Part shown: positions 50,014-60,412 of the stretch, in pieces
Layout of the letters: every line of letters starts with the position of its first letter
How positions within the stretch are numbered: position 1 is the first letter of the stretch
DNA from: a bacterium
Lineage (GTDB): Bacteria > Zhuqueibacterota > Zhuqueibacteria > Residuimicrobiales > Krinioviventaceae
DNA: 64,000 nt
Direction of reading: 5' to 3'
Assembly: GCA_963693055.1 (NCBI GenBank)
Contig: OY843751.1
Span: 5,056,001-5,120,000 of the forward strand
Notes under the pieces: generated by a model
What the model was told of the DNA's origin: nothing
Database searches by the model: none
What the model saw: only the letters and a program-made list of their open reading frames with translations
Program-made: the position numbers and the translations under genes

Positions 50014-50378
50014 TCCGTCTCCCAAAGTTGATTAGACATAGATATCCGGGTCCGGGAAAACCCGAATGTTCATTAATATATTTTTAAACGGGACAATCAT
50101 GGCAGGTCCTTTAATAGAAACCAGTTATTTAAATATAAGAATGAAATAATTAATTGCAATAAAAACTCTAATATAGCTTAATATTTCAAGTGAGAACCGG
50201 ATTCTTTCAAGTTTAAAATAGCTCCTGTTTTTGCAAGCCATAAATAATAAACAACAGGAGAACAAATGATTTATTACCAAAATATGCCAACAATAATCCG
50301 GGAATTTTTCTACAGTTCCAATGATCAAGTTAGCCCAAATTATCTGACATTATGAAAAAACCTTACGAAAAATCACCC

Positions 50379-52844
50379 TTATTTCAATAATAAACATTTT
50401 TGAAACTGTTTGTGATCTTTGGATGTCAATTGGATAAAATATATTCCTGAAGGAAGATTGTCAGCCTCCCAAATCACATTATGAACTCCCTCTTGAAATC
50501 CTTTATTCACAAGAACTTTTACAAGTTCTCCTTTTGAATTAAAAACGGATATATTAATAACGGTATATTTTGACACAGTGAATGATATATTTGTAGATGC
50601 GTTAAACGGATTCGGATAATTTTCATATAATGCAATTGAAAAAGGAATCTCTTCACTTTTATATATATTCGAAGAAACATTGATATCATTTCGATACCAT
50701 GATACAGTATTGTTACTTCTTGAAGCTAAAACGATATCCATATCTCCATCACAATCTAAATCCGCTGTCGAAATCGAACAGACACCTTCTGCCATGTCAG
50801 TTATAACTTGCTGCTCAGCAAAATTACCATTTCCTAGATTTTCATAATATGCCATTTTGCTATCAAAGTTAGAAGAAGACAAAACATCAACATCATTATC
50901 GTTATCCAGATCACACGCAACAACAATTGTTTGCCCCTTTACTAATGATGTAACAATTTGTGAAAGGCCAAAAGTACCATTACCATTGTTTTTAAACCAT
51001 ACTATTTGATTTCCATTTCGAAAAGCAACAATAATATCCTGAATACCATCATTATCAAGATCAGCAATCTGCAGATCAAACACTTGTTCAACAAAATTTC
51101 CTATTACCTGCTGCGATCCCCAATTTTCTCCATCAATATTTTCGTGGTAACCGATAGTCTTGTCATAATTTGATACAGAGATAATATCTATATCACTATC
51201 ATTATCAACATTTAATATATTCAGAAATGACACACCCACATCTTTATCACAGACAAGATTTCTTGGCCAGCTCGAATCAGCACATGTATTTTCATACCAT
51301 GCGATTGATCCATTCCACCCCCAGGACAAAATATCAACAAAATCATCACCATTTAGATCTGTTGTGACCAAACGGGTTGCTTCTTTTGCCAATGCAGTAA
51401 TTAATTTTTCCGGCCCAAATACCCCGGAACCATAATTTTCTTGCCAATAAATTTTATCCGTCAATTCTGATACATATATAATATCAAGATCATCATCATT
51501 ATCAATATCTGCTGTATTAACAGTTTGTATTTGCCGTGCAGACCGGGTAATAACCTGTTGTTTGCCAAATGCTACCCCATTATTCTTATACCAAACAATT
51601 TTATCATCATTTTGCACTACTGCAATCACATCTGGTATAACATCATTATCAAGATCAACAGTAGAAACATATTTCACGTTTTCAACGGAGGTTGTTATAG
51701 TATGTTTAACAGGAAAAGTCCCCTGATTTGTATTCTCATACCAAGCGATTTCACAATTTTGATGTGCCGCTGAAATCACATCTATATCTCCATCATTATC
51801 CAAATCAGCAGCATGAACAGCTATTGCTTCTGTCGCTGTATTGGAAATGACTTGTTGCTGACCGATAACTCCACCCCCTTCATTTTCATACCATGCTATT
51901 TTATTATCAGCATATGAAGAAGAGAGCACATCCAAATCTCCATCAGAATCAAGATCAGCGGTATATACCAAAGTCCCCCAGTATGCATCTGTTGTAATTA
52001 CATTCATATCACTAAAGGTTCCGTCACCTTTATTTTCAAACCAAGCCACATGATGCGTAACATTTTCTGATGTTGAAAGCACGTCAACATCTCCATCATT
52101 ATCTAAATCTGCTGCATGAACAGAACGAGCTCCACCACCCGCAATTGTCAAGAATCTCTGTGGTCCAAACTCACCTCCGTTATTTTCATACCAAGCAACA
52201 TAACCACCACCCGCAGATAAAACATCCAGATCATTATCACCATCCAAATCAGCCGCAAATACAGATTTTGCTTCAGGTGCATTGTTTGTTATATTCTGAC
52301 GTGGACCAAAAACACCATTTCCATCATTTTCAAACCAGGCAACTTGGTATTCATCATTCCAAGAAGACGAAGATGCAAGTATATCATTATCTCCATCTCC
52401 ATCAAGATCAGCAGCAAAAACATTATTACCCCAAGTTTCCGCCCCTATAAAATTTCTTGTATCACTAAAAATTCCGTCACCATCATTTTCAAACCAGCAT
52501 ATTTTCCCACTTGTTGAAATAACATCCAAATCATTATCTCCATCCAAATCAGCCACAGCAAAACTACCACCCACATTCGAACCAGAAGCTATAATCTGCT
52601 GATGCCCAAACTCTCCGCGTCCATCGTTTTCATACCATGCAAGTTTACTATCATTCGCAGATGCAGAAAGAATATCGTTATCACCATCGTTATCTAAATC
52701 AGCAGCAAATACATCAATTGGCATATCGGTCAAAGTTTCCTGAATAATTATTGGTCCATTAAATGGAATTTTTGCAAAAATTGGATTGGATAGAATTAAC
52801 AAAATATTGAAACAAAACAAACTGATTCGTAAACTATTTTTCAT
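50379..52844 (-). CDS. FG-GAP/VCBS repeat protein (14 repeats) with T9SS-type CTD
   Basis: 14 x (A)DLDxDGDxD..WYEN units counted by hand; signal peptide; ENYPNPFN...SGIYF...K CTD. Confidence 0.9.
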   Translation of the reverse strand: MKNSLRISLFCFNILLILSNPIFAKIPFNGPIIIQETLTDMPIDVFAADLDNDGDNDILSASANDSKLAWYENDGRGEFGHQQIIASGSNVGGSFAVADLDGDNDLDVISTSGKICWFENDGDGIFSDTRNFIGAETWGNNVFAADLDGDGDNDILASSSSWNDEYQVAWFENDGNGVFGPRQNITNNAPEAKSVFAADLDGDNDLDVLSAGGGYVAWYENNGGEFGPQRFLTIAGGGARSVHAADLDNDGDVDVLSTSENVTHHVAWFENKGDGTFSDMNVITTDAYWGTLVYTADLDSDGDLDVLSSSYADNKIAWYENEGGGVIGQQQVISNTATEAIAVHAADLDNDGDIDVISAAHQNCEIAWYENTNQGTFPVKHTITTSVENVKYVSTVDLDNDVIPDVIAVVQNDDKIVWYKNNGVAFGKQQVITRSARQIQTVNTADIDNDDDLDIIYVSELTDKIYWQENYGSGVFGPEKLITALAKEATRLVTTDLNGDDFVDILSWGWNGSIAWYENTCADSSWPRNLVCDKDVGVSFLNILNVDNDSDIDIISVSNYDKTIGYHENIDGENWGSQQVIGNFVEQVFDLQIADLDNDGIQDIIVAFRNGNQIVWFKNNGNGTFGLSQIVTSLVKGQTIVVACDLDNDNDVDVLSSSNFDSKMAYYENLGNGNFAEQQVITDMAEGVCSISTADLDCDGDMDIVLASRSNNTVSWYRNDINVSSNIYKSEEIPFSIALYENYPNPFNASTNISFTVSKYTVINISVFNSKGELVKVLVNKGFQEGVHNVIWEADNLPSGIYFIQLTSKDHKQFQKCLLLK

Positions 52845-53006
52845 ATAAACCCCAGCATTAACATTAAATAACAATTTTTAAATTTTATTAATACTCAAAA
52901 AACCCCTATTGAATAAAAAAAAGTACACTGGAAAATACAACTAATTTATAAAAAAACAAATTTATTACTTCTTGAATTCACAAACCAGAACCCATACAAT
53001 GTATAA

Positions 53007-53045
53007 AATAAAAAAAAGGGAATGATAGTTTCTATCATTCCCTTT
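53007..53045 (-). terminator. Rho-independent terminator
   Basis: AAAGGGAATGATAG-ttt-CTATCATTCCCTTT, with an A run giving the U tail on the minus strand. Confidence 0.8.
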
Positions 53046-53068
53046 AATAAACAAAAAAATAAACTCGC

Positions 53069-54412
53069 TTATCCATCCAGCGTCCAGCCTTTGCGATAAG
53101 GTTTGGTGAGATATTCGTTCGCGGCTTCATTGTTGGTTATACGTCCGGCTTTACCGTCATATTCCAATCTTTCTCCAACGCGGTACGCTGCAAGGCCCAG
53201 TGCAAGCTGTTCAATCTCGTTCCCGGCATACTCAAAATCGCAAGATGTTTTCAAATCTGTCTTGCAGGCATTAAACCACTCTTCTTGGAACCCTATCATT
53301 TCAGGGATTAATAAATTCTCTGATCGAGGTTTATAATAGGTCATATCCGCTTCATCGCCAAAAGGCAAAATGATGCGTGAATCAAAATCACAGATCAAAA
53401 ATCCTTTATCGCCCTTGAACATGGCGCCATGTCCAATTTGGTCCAGATCGATATACTTTTTCGGCGTTGTGGGCATATCTCCGCCCTGGTGCCAAACCAC
53501 CTTGATGGGGCCGCGCCAGGCGTTCGCTGGATGCTCAAAGACCGCTTTTAATTTCACCGGTGTAACATCAGGATTAAAGGGATCGCCTTCTGCTTCAACA
53601 GCAGTGGGAAAATCAGCATCAATTACATTCCATGCAAGATCCATGGTATGACTGCCCATATCTCCAACCTGGCCCATACCAAAGTCCCAGTACATATTCC
53701 AGCTCAAACAGTTATTGCCGGGATTCGGTCGTTCAAAGTACCCGGGATTATACGGATGGTATGGAGAAGGTCCCAGCCACAAATCATAATTCAAATGTTT
53801 GGGAGGATCTCCGGCAGCAGGCAGATACCCTGGTTTGGGCAATTGACGGTTGCCCCAGGTATGTACGGCTGAAAGCTCACCTATAACACCGTCCAGAATC
53901 AATTCACGCACGCGGTTAAAATTGGGTTTTGCATGACGCTGGGTTCCATGCTGGACTGCGATTTTATGTTTATTTTTCAGGTAATTTTCACGGACGGTCC
54001 GGGCTTCATGCACGGTAATACCAATGGGTTTTTCACAATAGACATGATATCCGCGGTTGATTGCCCAGTTGGCTACAAACGCATGATTATGATCAGGCGA
54101 GCAGATCACAACCGCGTCAATGCCCTTGTGGTCCAGACACTTGCGCCAGTCCACATACTTTTTCGCTCCCGGAAATTCTTTGGCAGCAATATCCAGATGG
54201 TTTGAATCGACATCACAAATGGCGATTACATTTTGAGTATGAAGACCCCGATAGTGTGCGGTTGCCCGTCCCCAGGCACCAATCAATGCAATGTTTAATT
54301 TATCACTGGGTTTATTCTGGCCAAACAGAGTACCAGACGGCAGTACCATCAATCCCGCTCCTGCGGCTGCGGTGGTACGCAAAAAATTTCTCCGTTCTTG
54401 CGAAAATTTCAT
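53069..54412 (-). CDS. Gfo/Idh/MocA oxidoreductase with Tat signal
   Basis: RRNFL Tat motif; SPDHNH, YCEKP, WLGP.P, GDMGSH..D. Confidence 0.92.
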   Translation of the reverse strand: MKFSQERRNFLRTTAAAGAGLMVLPSGTLFGQNKPSDKLNIALIGAWGRATAHYRGLHTQNVIAICDVDSNHLDIAAKEFPGAKKYVDWRKCLDHKGIDAVVICSPDHNHAFVANWAINRGYHVYCEKPIGITVHEARTVRENYLKNKHKIAVQHGTQRHAKPNFNRVRELILDGVIGELSAVHTWGNRQLPKPGYLPAAGDPPKHLNYDLWLGPSPYHPYNPGYFERPNPGNNCLSWNMYWDFGMGQVGDMGSHTMDLAWNVIDADFPTAVEAEGDPFNPDVTPVKLKAVFEHPANAWRGPIKVVWHQGGDMPTTPKKYIDLDQIGHGAMFKGDKGFLICDFDSRIILPFGDEADMTYYKPRSENLLIPEMIGFQEEWFNACKTDLKTSCDFEYAGNEIEQLALGLAAYRVGERLEYDGKAGRITNNEAANEYLTKPYRKGWTLDG

Positions 54413-54458
54413 AACCTCACTCCTTGATTTTTGACCTGTAAAACAATTTATATTTTAA

Positions 54459-55586
54459 TCACATATACCAACCATCAAAACGCTTCCACTCATCAATAAC
54501 TATATCATTTTGTATGACTTTATAATGATCATGCATGGTCGCAGTTGAACAGGCATGATTCGGCAAGATCCTCACCTTATTACCCCTGGCTAATTCGTTA
54601 TAGTCCACCTTGTTTCCTGATCGGGAGGTCACAATACCATGCTCCTGACTTGAGCCGCAAACATATAGATCATCAATAGGTTTGCCATTCACATCACATA
54701 CCACTCCAAAATCTTCTACATCACCCAACCCCCGATCTCCGGAAATAGCTGTCCAGCCGGCGTCAATCAATAAAAGATTACGTTCCGGTTGATGCCCTAT
54801 AACCGAAGCTAGTACTGATACCGCAATGTCATCCAGACTGCAAACGCCCAACTGTTTCATCATCAGATCCTGAAACAGGTAAACGCCGGTGCGCAGCTCG
54901 GTTACATCTGTCAGGTCTTTAGCAAAACTGGCAGTAGGTGTAGACCCCACACTCACAATAGGATAGTCAAATCCGGCATCTCTTAACCGTTTGGCGCTTT
55001 TTATGGTTTCAGCTCGTTCCTGTTCAGCATAGGCTACAATTTCATCCACAGATTTACTGACGTACGATGCTCCGGCATGGGTCAATACACCCTCTAGTGA
55101 AACTCCCGGTAAATCATTCAAAAGTTTTCCGGTTTCTAACAGCAGCTCACTCCCGGGTTTGATACCCGCACGATGTCCGTCACTGTCAATTTCTATCATC
55201 ACTTTAAAAGAGGAACCGAGTTCTTGTGCTTTTTCCGAGACGCTTCGTACCATTTCAGGACTGTCAAGAATGATCTTGACATCCGCACCTTTTGCGTTCA
55301 ATTCGGCAATATGTTTCAATTTATCAGGAACAATACCAATGGCATAGATAATATCTGTAATGCCCTGTTCTAAAAAATAGCTGGCTTCTTTCAAGGTAGA
55401 TGCTGTAATACGTTGTGCATTACCTTTTAAAGCCAATTCTACAACCTCTTTGCTCTTGGCTGTCTTTACATGTAGGCGCAGGTCTACGCCCAATTTTTGA
55501 ATCCGGGCATTCATTGTATCAATATTATTCTGTAATCGGGATTTGTCTAAAAGCAGGCAAGGTGTATCAAGAGAGTGGATATTCAT
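54459..55586 (-). CDS. DSD1/D-threonine aldolase family PLP enzyme (alanine racemase fold)
   Basis: LDTPCLLLD, RLHVKTAK, EIDSDGHRAG, GSTPT, SQEHG, PNHAC. Confidence 0.88.
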   Translation of the reverse strand: MNIHSLDTPCLLLDKSRLQNNIDTMNARIQKLGVDLRLHVKTAKSKEVVELALKGNAQRITASTLKEASYFLEQGITDIIYAIGIVPDKLKHIAELNAKGADVKIILDSPEMVRSVSEKAQELGSSFKVMIEIDSDGHRAGIKPGSELLLETGKLLNDLPGVSLEGVLTHAGASYVSKSVDEIVAYAEQERAETIKSAKRLRDAGFDYPIVSVGSTPTASFAKDLTDVTELRTGVYLFQDLMMKQLGVCSLDDIAVSVLASVIGHQPERNLLLIDAGWTAISGDRGLGDVEDFGVVCDVNGKPIDDLYVCGSSQEHGIVTSRSGNKVDYNELARGNKVRILPNHACSTATMHDHYKVIQNDIVIDEWKRFDGWYM

Positions 55587-55700
55587 AAAAGCTCCAATCG
55601 TTATCAGGCGATTTTATAAAATAGTAATCCTTTATTAATATCCAAATAAATTTTGGGCCAATAAAACGGGGTAACAAAACTTGGTTAGAAATTAACCAAT

Positions 55701-56171
55701 TCAGGCAACTCTTTTCCCCGAATTATCACATCGCAGCAATTCTTTTAAAAATCCTTTAGGGTCCTGAAGAGTATCCATGCATTTCAAATAAACCGCACAC
55801 AGCCGGCAATCATCCAGAGTTTTAAAACTGCAATTGGCAGGAGTAAGCCAACATGGGGCAGAACTCTCGCTAAAAGCGGGACAGTTTTCACGTATATCTT
55901 CCGGGCATCCTACAAAGGTCCAGCAGGGAGTTAACGAACATAACATCTTTACAGCTTCAAGATTCAATTTTTTAACTCGAATCAAATCCATTATAACCTG
56001 TACGCGTCGAATATCATTTCGGGAATATACCCGCCTGCCGGTTTTGGTTCTATGAGGAATAATCAAACCTGCTTGCTCATACATACGCAGTGTAGGGACT
56101 GCTATACCAAGCTTGTCGGCTGCCAAACCGATGGTATAAACAGGTTCATTCATTAATTCTTGATCGTCCAT
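55701..56171 (-). CDS. MerR (HspR-like) regulator with Cys-rich two-CW C-terminal domain
   Basis: PVYTIG.AA...TLRMYE..GLI.P.RT..GRR.YS; C-terminal CW-x4-C-x7-CPA-x7-CW-x5-C-x7-C-x2-C. Confidence 0.88.
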   Translation of the reverse strand: MDDQELMNEPVYTIGLAADKLGIAVPTLRMYEQAGLIIPHRTKTGRRVYSRNDIRRVQVIMDLIRVKKLNLEAVKMLCSLTPCWTFVGCPEDIRENCPAFSESSAPCWLTPANCSFKTLDDCRLCAVYLKCMDTLQDPKGFLKELLRCDNSGKRVA

Positions 56172-56214
56172 TCTTCACCTTACAATATAGATTTTCTATA
56201 GAAATGGCTAAAAC

Positions 56215-56243
56215 AATATACATGATATATTATTAGCAGTCAA
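56215..56243 (-). promoter_or_regulatory. Sigma70 promoter of merR
   Basis: Minus strand TTGACT-N17-TATATT. Confidence 0.65.
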
Positions 56244-56325
56244 GTAAAAGTGCCGCATTCTGCTGACAATGCTTCGCATATACGAACCAAACCCAAGTTT
56301 TTAATAAATTTATACTGCTTTTCAC

Positions 56326-56373
56326 TTGACACTTTATTGGCAATTATGTATATACCTATAGTGAACACTATAG
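56326..56373 (+). promoter_or_regulatory. Sigma70 promoter of the cytochrome gene with adjacent palindromic operator
   Basis: TTGACA (56326) N17 TATATA, followed by the perfect inverted repeat CTATAGTG-aa-CACTATAG (56356-56373). Confidence 0.65.
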
Positions 56374-56484
56374 ATTTTGTTGTTTTTACAAAACAGAAAA
56401 AATTAGATGGCTACAGCAAGGATAAAGTATACAAAAATATACATTATCTATTCAACATATAAATCATTTACAGGAGGTAAACCC

Positions 56485-59103
56485 ATGAACAAATTGTACA
56501 TCGTTTTTCTATGCGTTCTACTTGCCTTTTCCGCAGCGATGTCACAAACTGTATCCATCATGCCGCATGGAATCTCACCTGCGCAGATGAAGGCGGATAC
56601 ATTGGGAGACGCGGATTATGTCGGTATATTTGATCGTACGTATTCTGGTATTCTCAATGTAGGTGTAGAAACACAAACATACCTGAAAGGTATGAGTGAT
56701 GTTCAACTTGTAGCACCCACATGGACGGTTGTTACAAAGCCAAACAATTCCAATGCTGACATTGCAAAAACTGCGGATGTTGACACATCAACCCAGTTTG
56801 CTGTTTTCACCCCCGATGTTGTCGGTACATATGTCATTGAATTTGCCGATGGCGGTGAACCCGCATCTGTAACCATCAATGCCGCCAAATATATTGGCTT
56901 TCAGGATGGTAACTGTTCACTCTGTCACAGTGGTATTGCTTCCGATTGGAGGGAAACCGGTCACGCTGACTTTTTTACCAGAGCTCTCGATGGTGAGGTA
57001 AGCAGCCACTATAGCGAAAGTTGTATTTCCTGTCACGTCGTAGGATACGACCTTGATGCCGACAATGACGGTTTTGACGATTTTGCATTTGAATTCCCCG
57101 CAACGTTAGAAGCAGGCACAGCCGATGCAATGGTCGCGCAATATCCCAATGCAATGAAACGCGCAAATATCCAGTGTGAGGCTTGTCACGGACCGGCCGG
57201 TTCACATTATGGAATTACAGAAGACAATAAAATGGTTGCTCCTCTGGCCTCTCAGGCTTGTAATGTATGTCATGATGATGATCATTATCATGTATATCCA
57301 TCACAATGGAAAACCGCAGGTCATGCAAACATTCCTTCATATCCCGGTGGCTCAAGAACCACTTGTCGAGGATGTCACAATGGTGCACAATTTGTTCAGT
57401 ACGTTGAAGGTGAAACAATTACCGTTCAAGACCACGTAGATATAACTTGTGCTGTATGTCACGATCCTCACTCTGCTGAAAATGAAAATCAATTGCGTAC
57501 ATTGGATGCAACCTTGTCGAATGACATGATGGTATCCGGTGTTGGTAAAGGCGCTCTCTGTATGAACTGTCACCAAAGTCGCCAGGAAGCCAACTCTTAT
57601 ACCGAACAACCCTCAGGACACTTTGGCCCACATTACGCACCTCAGGCTGATATGCTGTTGGGTGTTAATGTTGTTACATTTGGTAAAACCCTGCCCGTAT
57701 CTCCTCACCTTGAAGCTACAGGTGATGCATGCGTAACCTGTCATATGTATGAAGGTTCTAATGGCGGACATGATGCAGAAGGCAACCTGACCACAGCCGG
57801 TATGCACTCATTCAGTATGGTTAGTGCTGGTGGTGTAGACAATGTCGCTGCATGTTCAGATTGTCATGGAGATGTTGGTGAAACTTTTGCTGAAAAGAAA
57901 TATTTCCTGAATGGCATTGCCGATCATGATGGCGACGGCGTTGACGAAGGTCTGCAGGAAGAAGTTCATGGTTTAATGGATGTTCTTGCTGAAATGCTGC
58001 CGCACGCAGCAGATGTTGAAGCCTTTGATCCCCATGATGATCCGGATTCTACCTGGACAAAAACCGAATTAAAAGCTGCTTTTAACCACAAAATGGTTTA
58101 CTATGATCACAGTTATGGTATCCACAACCCGGCGTTTACCGTTTCTCTGCTAAAAGTTAGTATTCAAGCATTGATGAATAATGCAATTGACGGTGACATT
58201 GTTGCAATTGACGATGTTCCCAACGATCAGGGTAAACAGGTTCGTATCATATGGAGCAAGTTTGTAGATGACGGTACCGCAATTGATCCTGTTAATACGT
58301 ATATCGTAAAACGCTGGGATGTAGATAAAGAAGTTTGGGTAGGCGTTGGTGAACACACTGCCGATGGCAGCATGCGTTACGCAATGGTTGTTCCTACCGT
58401 TTACGATTCTACTGCAATGGGCGATGGAATGACCTCGTTCAAGGTAGTAGCCGTAACCCAGGGTAGCAATGTTCACGAATCTCTGCCGGCAGATGGTTAC
58501 TCTGTTGACAATCTTGTTCCTATGGCTCCAACAAATGTTATGGCCAATATTGTTAGCGGTCAGGTACAAATCACCTGGGATGAACCTGTAGATACTGATT
58601 TTAAATACTTTGCAGTATATCGCAGTGACGCATCCGGTTTTGAACCTACCGAATCAAACCTGGTTGGAACCATTACCGGTACCCAGTTTACTGATATGGA
58701 AATCAGTCAGAACGAGACCTATTACTATAAAGTCTCTGCAATCGATTTCTCAGGAAACGAATCAACACATTCAGAAGTTTCTATTCTGATTACTGCTATT
58801 GAAGGTGAAGGCGGCTCTGTGCCCACAACCTTCTCACTGGCTCAAAACTATCCGAACCCGTTCAACCCAACTACCATGATTGAGTTTGGTGTTCCCCGGG
58901 CGGAACAAGTTACCATCCGTATCTATGACATTCGCGGATCGCTGGTACGCACCCTTGCCGATGGCAAATTTGCAGCCGGTTTCCACAATGTTATTTGGGA
59001 TGGACGTAACGAATCAGGCTTGTTGGTAAGTGCGGGCACATATCTCTATCGCCTTGAATCTCCAACAACCAACTTTACCAAAAAGATGATATTCCTCAAA
59101 TAA
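56485..59103 (+). CDS. Nine-heme cytochrome c with Fn3-like domains and T9SS/FlgD-type C-terminal domain
   Basis: AGGAGG RBS + MNKLY signal peptide; 9 CxxCH (CSLCH, CISCH, CEACH, CNVCH, CRGCH, CAVCH, CMNCH, CVTCH, CSDCH); D.S.G.HNP helical tail; YYYKVSAIDFSGNES Fn3; QNYPNPFNP...WDG.N..G..V..GTY.Y...KKM CTD. Confidence 0.92.
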   Translation: MNKLYIVFLCVLLAFSAAMSQTVSIMPHGISPAQMKADTLGDADYVGIFDRTYSGILNVGVETQTYLKGMSDVQLVAPTWTVVTKPNNSNADIAKTADVDTSTQFAVFTPDVVGTYVIEFADGGEPASVTINAAKYIGFQDGNCSLCHSGIASDWRETGHADFFTRALDGEVSSHYSESCISCHVVGYDLDADNDGFDDFAFEFPATLEAGTADAMVAQYPNAMKRANIQCEACHGPAGSHYGITEDNKMVAPLASQACNVCHDDDHYHVYPSQWKTAGHANIPSYPGGSRTTCRGCHNGAQFVQYVEGETITVQDHVDITCAVCHDPHSAENENQLRTLDATLSNDMMVSGVGKGALCMNCHQSRQEANSYTEQPSGHFGPHYAPQADMLLGVNVVTFGKTLPVSPHLEATGDACVTCHMYEGSNGGHDAEGNLTTAGMHSFSMVSAGGVDNVAACSDCHGDVGETFAEKKYFLNGIADHDGDGVDEGLQEEVHGLMDVLAEMLPHAADVEAFDPHDDPDSTWTKTELKAAFNHKMVYYDHSYGIHNPAFTVSLLKVSIQALMNNAIDGDIVAIDDVPNDQGKQVRIIWSKFVDDGTAIDPVNTYIVKRWDVDKEVWVGVGEHTADGSMRYAMVVPTVYDSTAMGDGMTSFKVVAVTQGSNVHESLPADGYSVDNLVPMAPTNVMANIVSGQVQITWDEPVDTDFKYFAVYRSDASGFEPTESNLVGTITGTQFTDMEISQNETYYYKVSAIDFSGNESTHSEVSILITAIEGEGGSVPTTFSLAQNYPNPFNPTTMIEFGVPRAEQVTIRIYDIRGSLVRTLADGKFAAGFHNVIWDGRNESGLLVSAGTYLYRLESPTTNFTKKMIFLK

Positions 59104-59129
59104 TTGAGATAAAAAGGTCCCTATCGAAG

Positions 59130-59169
59130 AAAAGCCGGTCCTGATGTTTTGGGACCGGCTTTTTCTTTT
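59130..59169 (+). terminator. Rho-independent terminator
   Basis: AAAAGCCGGTCC-loop-GGACCGGCTTTT followed by a T run. Confidence 0.8.
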
Positions 59170-59286
59170 ACGAATTATTACTTTGAATAGTGATTCCTGG
59201 AATAATTTTTTGACATTTACTTCCTGAGTTTAAATCCTCGTTACAATCAAAAAAAGGTCTTCCCTCAATTGTAATCCCCTGATTTT

Positions 59287-60138
59287 TCAAGGTTTGATAT
59301 ACTCTTTCAGTATTGTCGTTTTCGGAAATTGTTTCTGCAACTCGATCAGGGAATTTTGGTGTTCCTGTTCAGGCAACAATGCCAGCCACTGATCTATTGC
59401 CATAAATAGAACAGGCTCAACTTCTTCTTTTTCCTGAATGTGTTGTGCACCATTATTCTTTTCCAGTTTAAAATCTATTTTCTCTTTCTTTTCATTCTGC
59501 AACTGCCCAAGCCCCTTTTTCACTGCTTTCAATGCCATGTCCCTTGCTTGCTGCAACTCGTCAATCTCTACATAGTATCCCGCAATATGCAAATATGGCA
59601 ACAGACTGGGTGTATTGTACTGTATGGCTTTGCGATAGTAATCCACATAGGCTGTATCCATACCCACAAAATACAACAGCAATCCCATCCGTAGATAGGG
59701 GTAATCCCAATCCGGTTTTATCGCAACCATAGCTTTATAAGCCGCCAGTGATATTTGAGGGTCCATATCTTCATACATTCGGGCAATCTTGCTGTACAAC
59801 TGCAAACTGTCTTGCTGTGTTGTCACTACATTCAAAGATTGCCTATACACCTGTTCAAGAACCTCCGGTATTTGAGGTTCTCCATAATATTTCCCCTGTA
59901 ATGAAAGCAAAAGCGCTTCTGCTTTATCAAATTCTCCCAAACCTGTATATGCTCTGGCAAGTCCCAGACCTGTGTGTAGCGTATCTGATGAGGTTTGCCC
60001 TGCATTTTTAAAAAAGCTGACGGCTTTATCAAACTCCTGATTCTCAACATACAGAAATCCAGGCTCCAGTTGTTTCGAGGCTCCCCAAAGATAAAGTGGA
60101 ACCATCATTACGAATAGTGCTTTTTTAAAAACTCTCAT
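59287..60138 (-). CDS. Tetratricopeptide repeat protein, probably exported
   Basis: GLARAY..LGEFDKAE, AY..MV.IKP..YPY..MG helical repeats; N-terminal hydrophobic stretch. Confidence 0.7.
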   Translation of the reverse strand: MRVFKKALFVMMVPLYLWGASKQLEPGFLYVENQEFDKAVSFFKNAGQTSSDTLHTGLGLARAYTGLGEFDKAEALLLSLQGKYYGEPQIPEVLEQVYRQSLNVVTTQQDSLQLYSKIARMYEDMDPQISLAAYKAMVAIKPDWDYPYLRMGLLLYFVGMDTAYVDYYRKAIQYNTPSLLPYLHIAGYYVEIDELQQARDMALKAVKKGLGQLQNEKKEKIDFKLEKNNGAQHIQEKEEVEPVLFMAIDQWLALLPEQEHQNSLIELQKQFPKTTILKEYIKP

Positions 60139-60412
60139 ATTTTTCTCATTTTTTCATTTAGAAAACCAGACAGATTTATTACAGCTATTTATATCAGAAC
60201 AAAAAAATCTGCTTTATATTCGAAATATAATCGTATAGACCTTTACTAGCAAGCCTAAATCATCAATTCTGTGACAGGCATAACAGAAAAGCTGCTATAT
60301 GAGCTTATTTATCAAATCTAAAACAAATAAAGGGACGCATTTTTGTCGAAAAACGTTGTTTTTGTTGGATTAATATCATATTATAAGCAATCAATAATTT
60401 GTTGAGGCCTTT

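Noticed and set aside
50125-50328. 67-aa ORF and CTCCTGTT/AACAGGAG hairpin in the GH78 upstream region
   Set aside because: No RBS or family signal; a single 8-bp stem is insufficient to call an RNA element.
50700-52720. Recurring DNA motifs (TTTTCATACCA, AAATCAGC) suggesting a nucleotide repeat array
   Set aside because: Explained by protein-level FG-GAP repeats (WYEN, ADLD).
56485-58190. NrfA nitrite reductase
   Set aside because: No CxxCK active-site motif; nine CxxCH rather than five hemes; no nrfH nearby.
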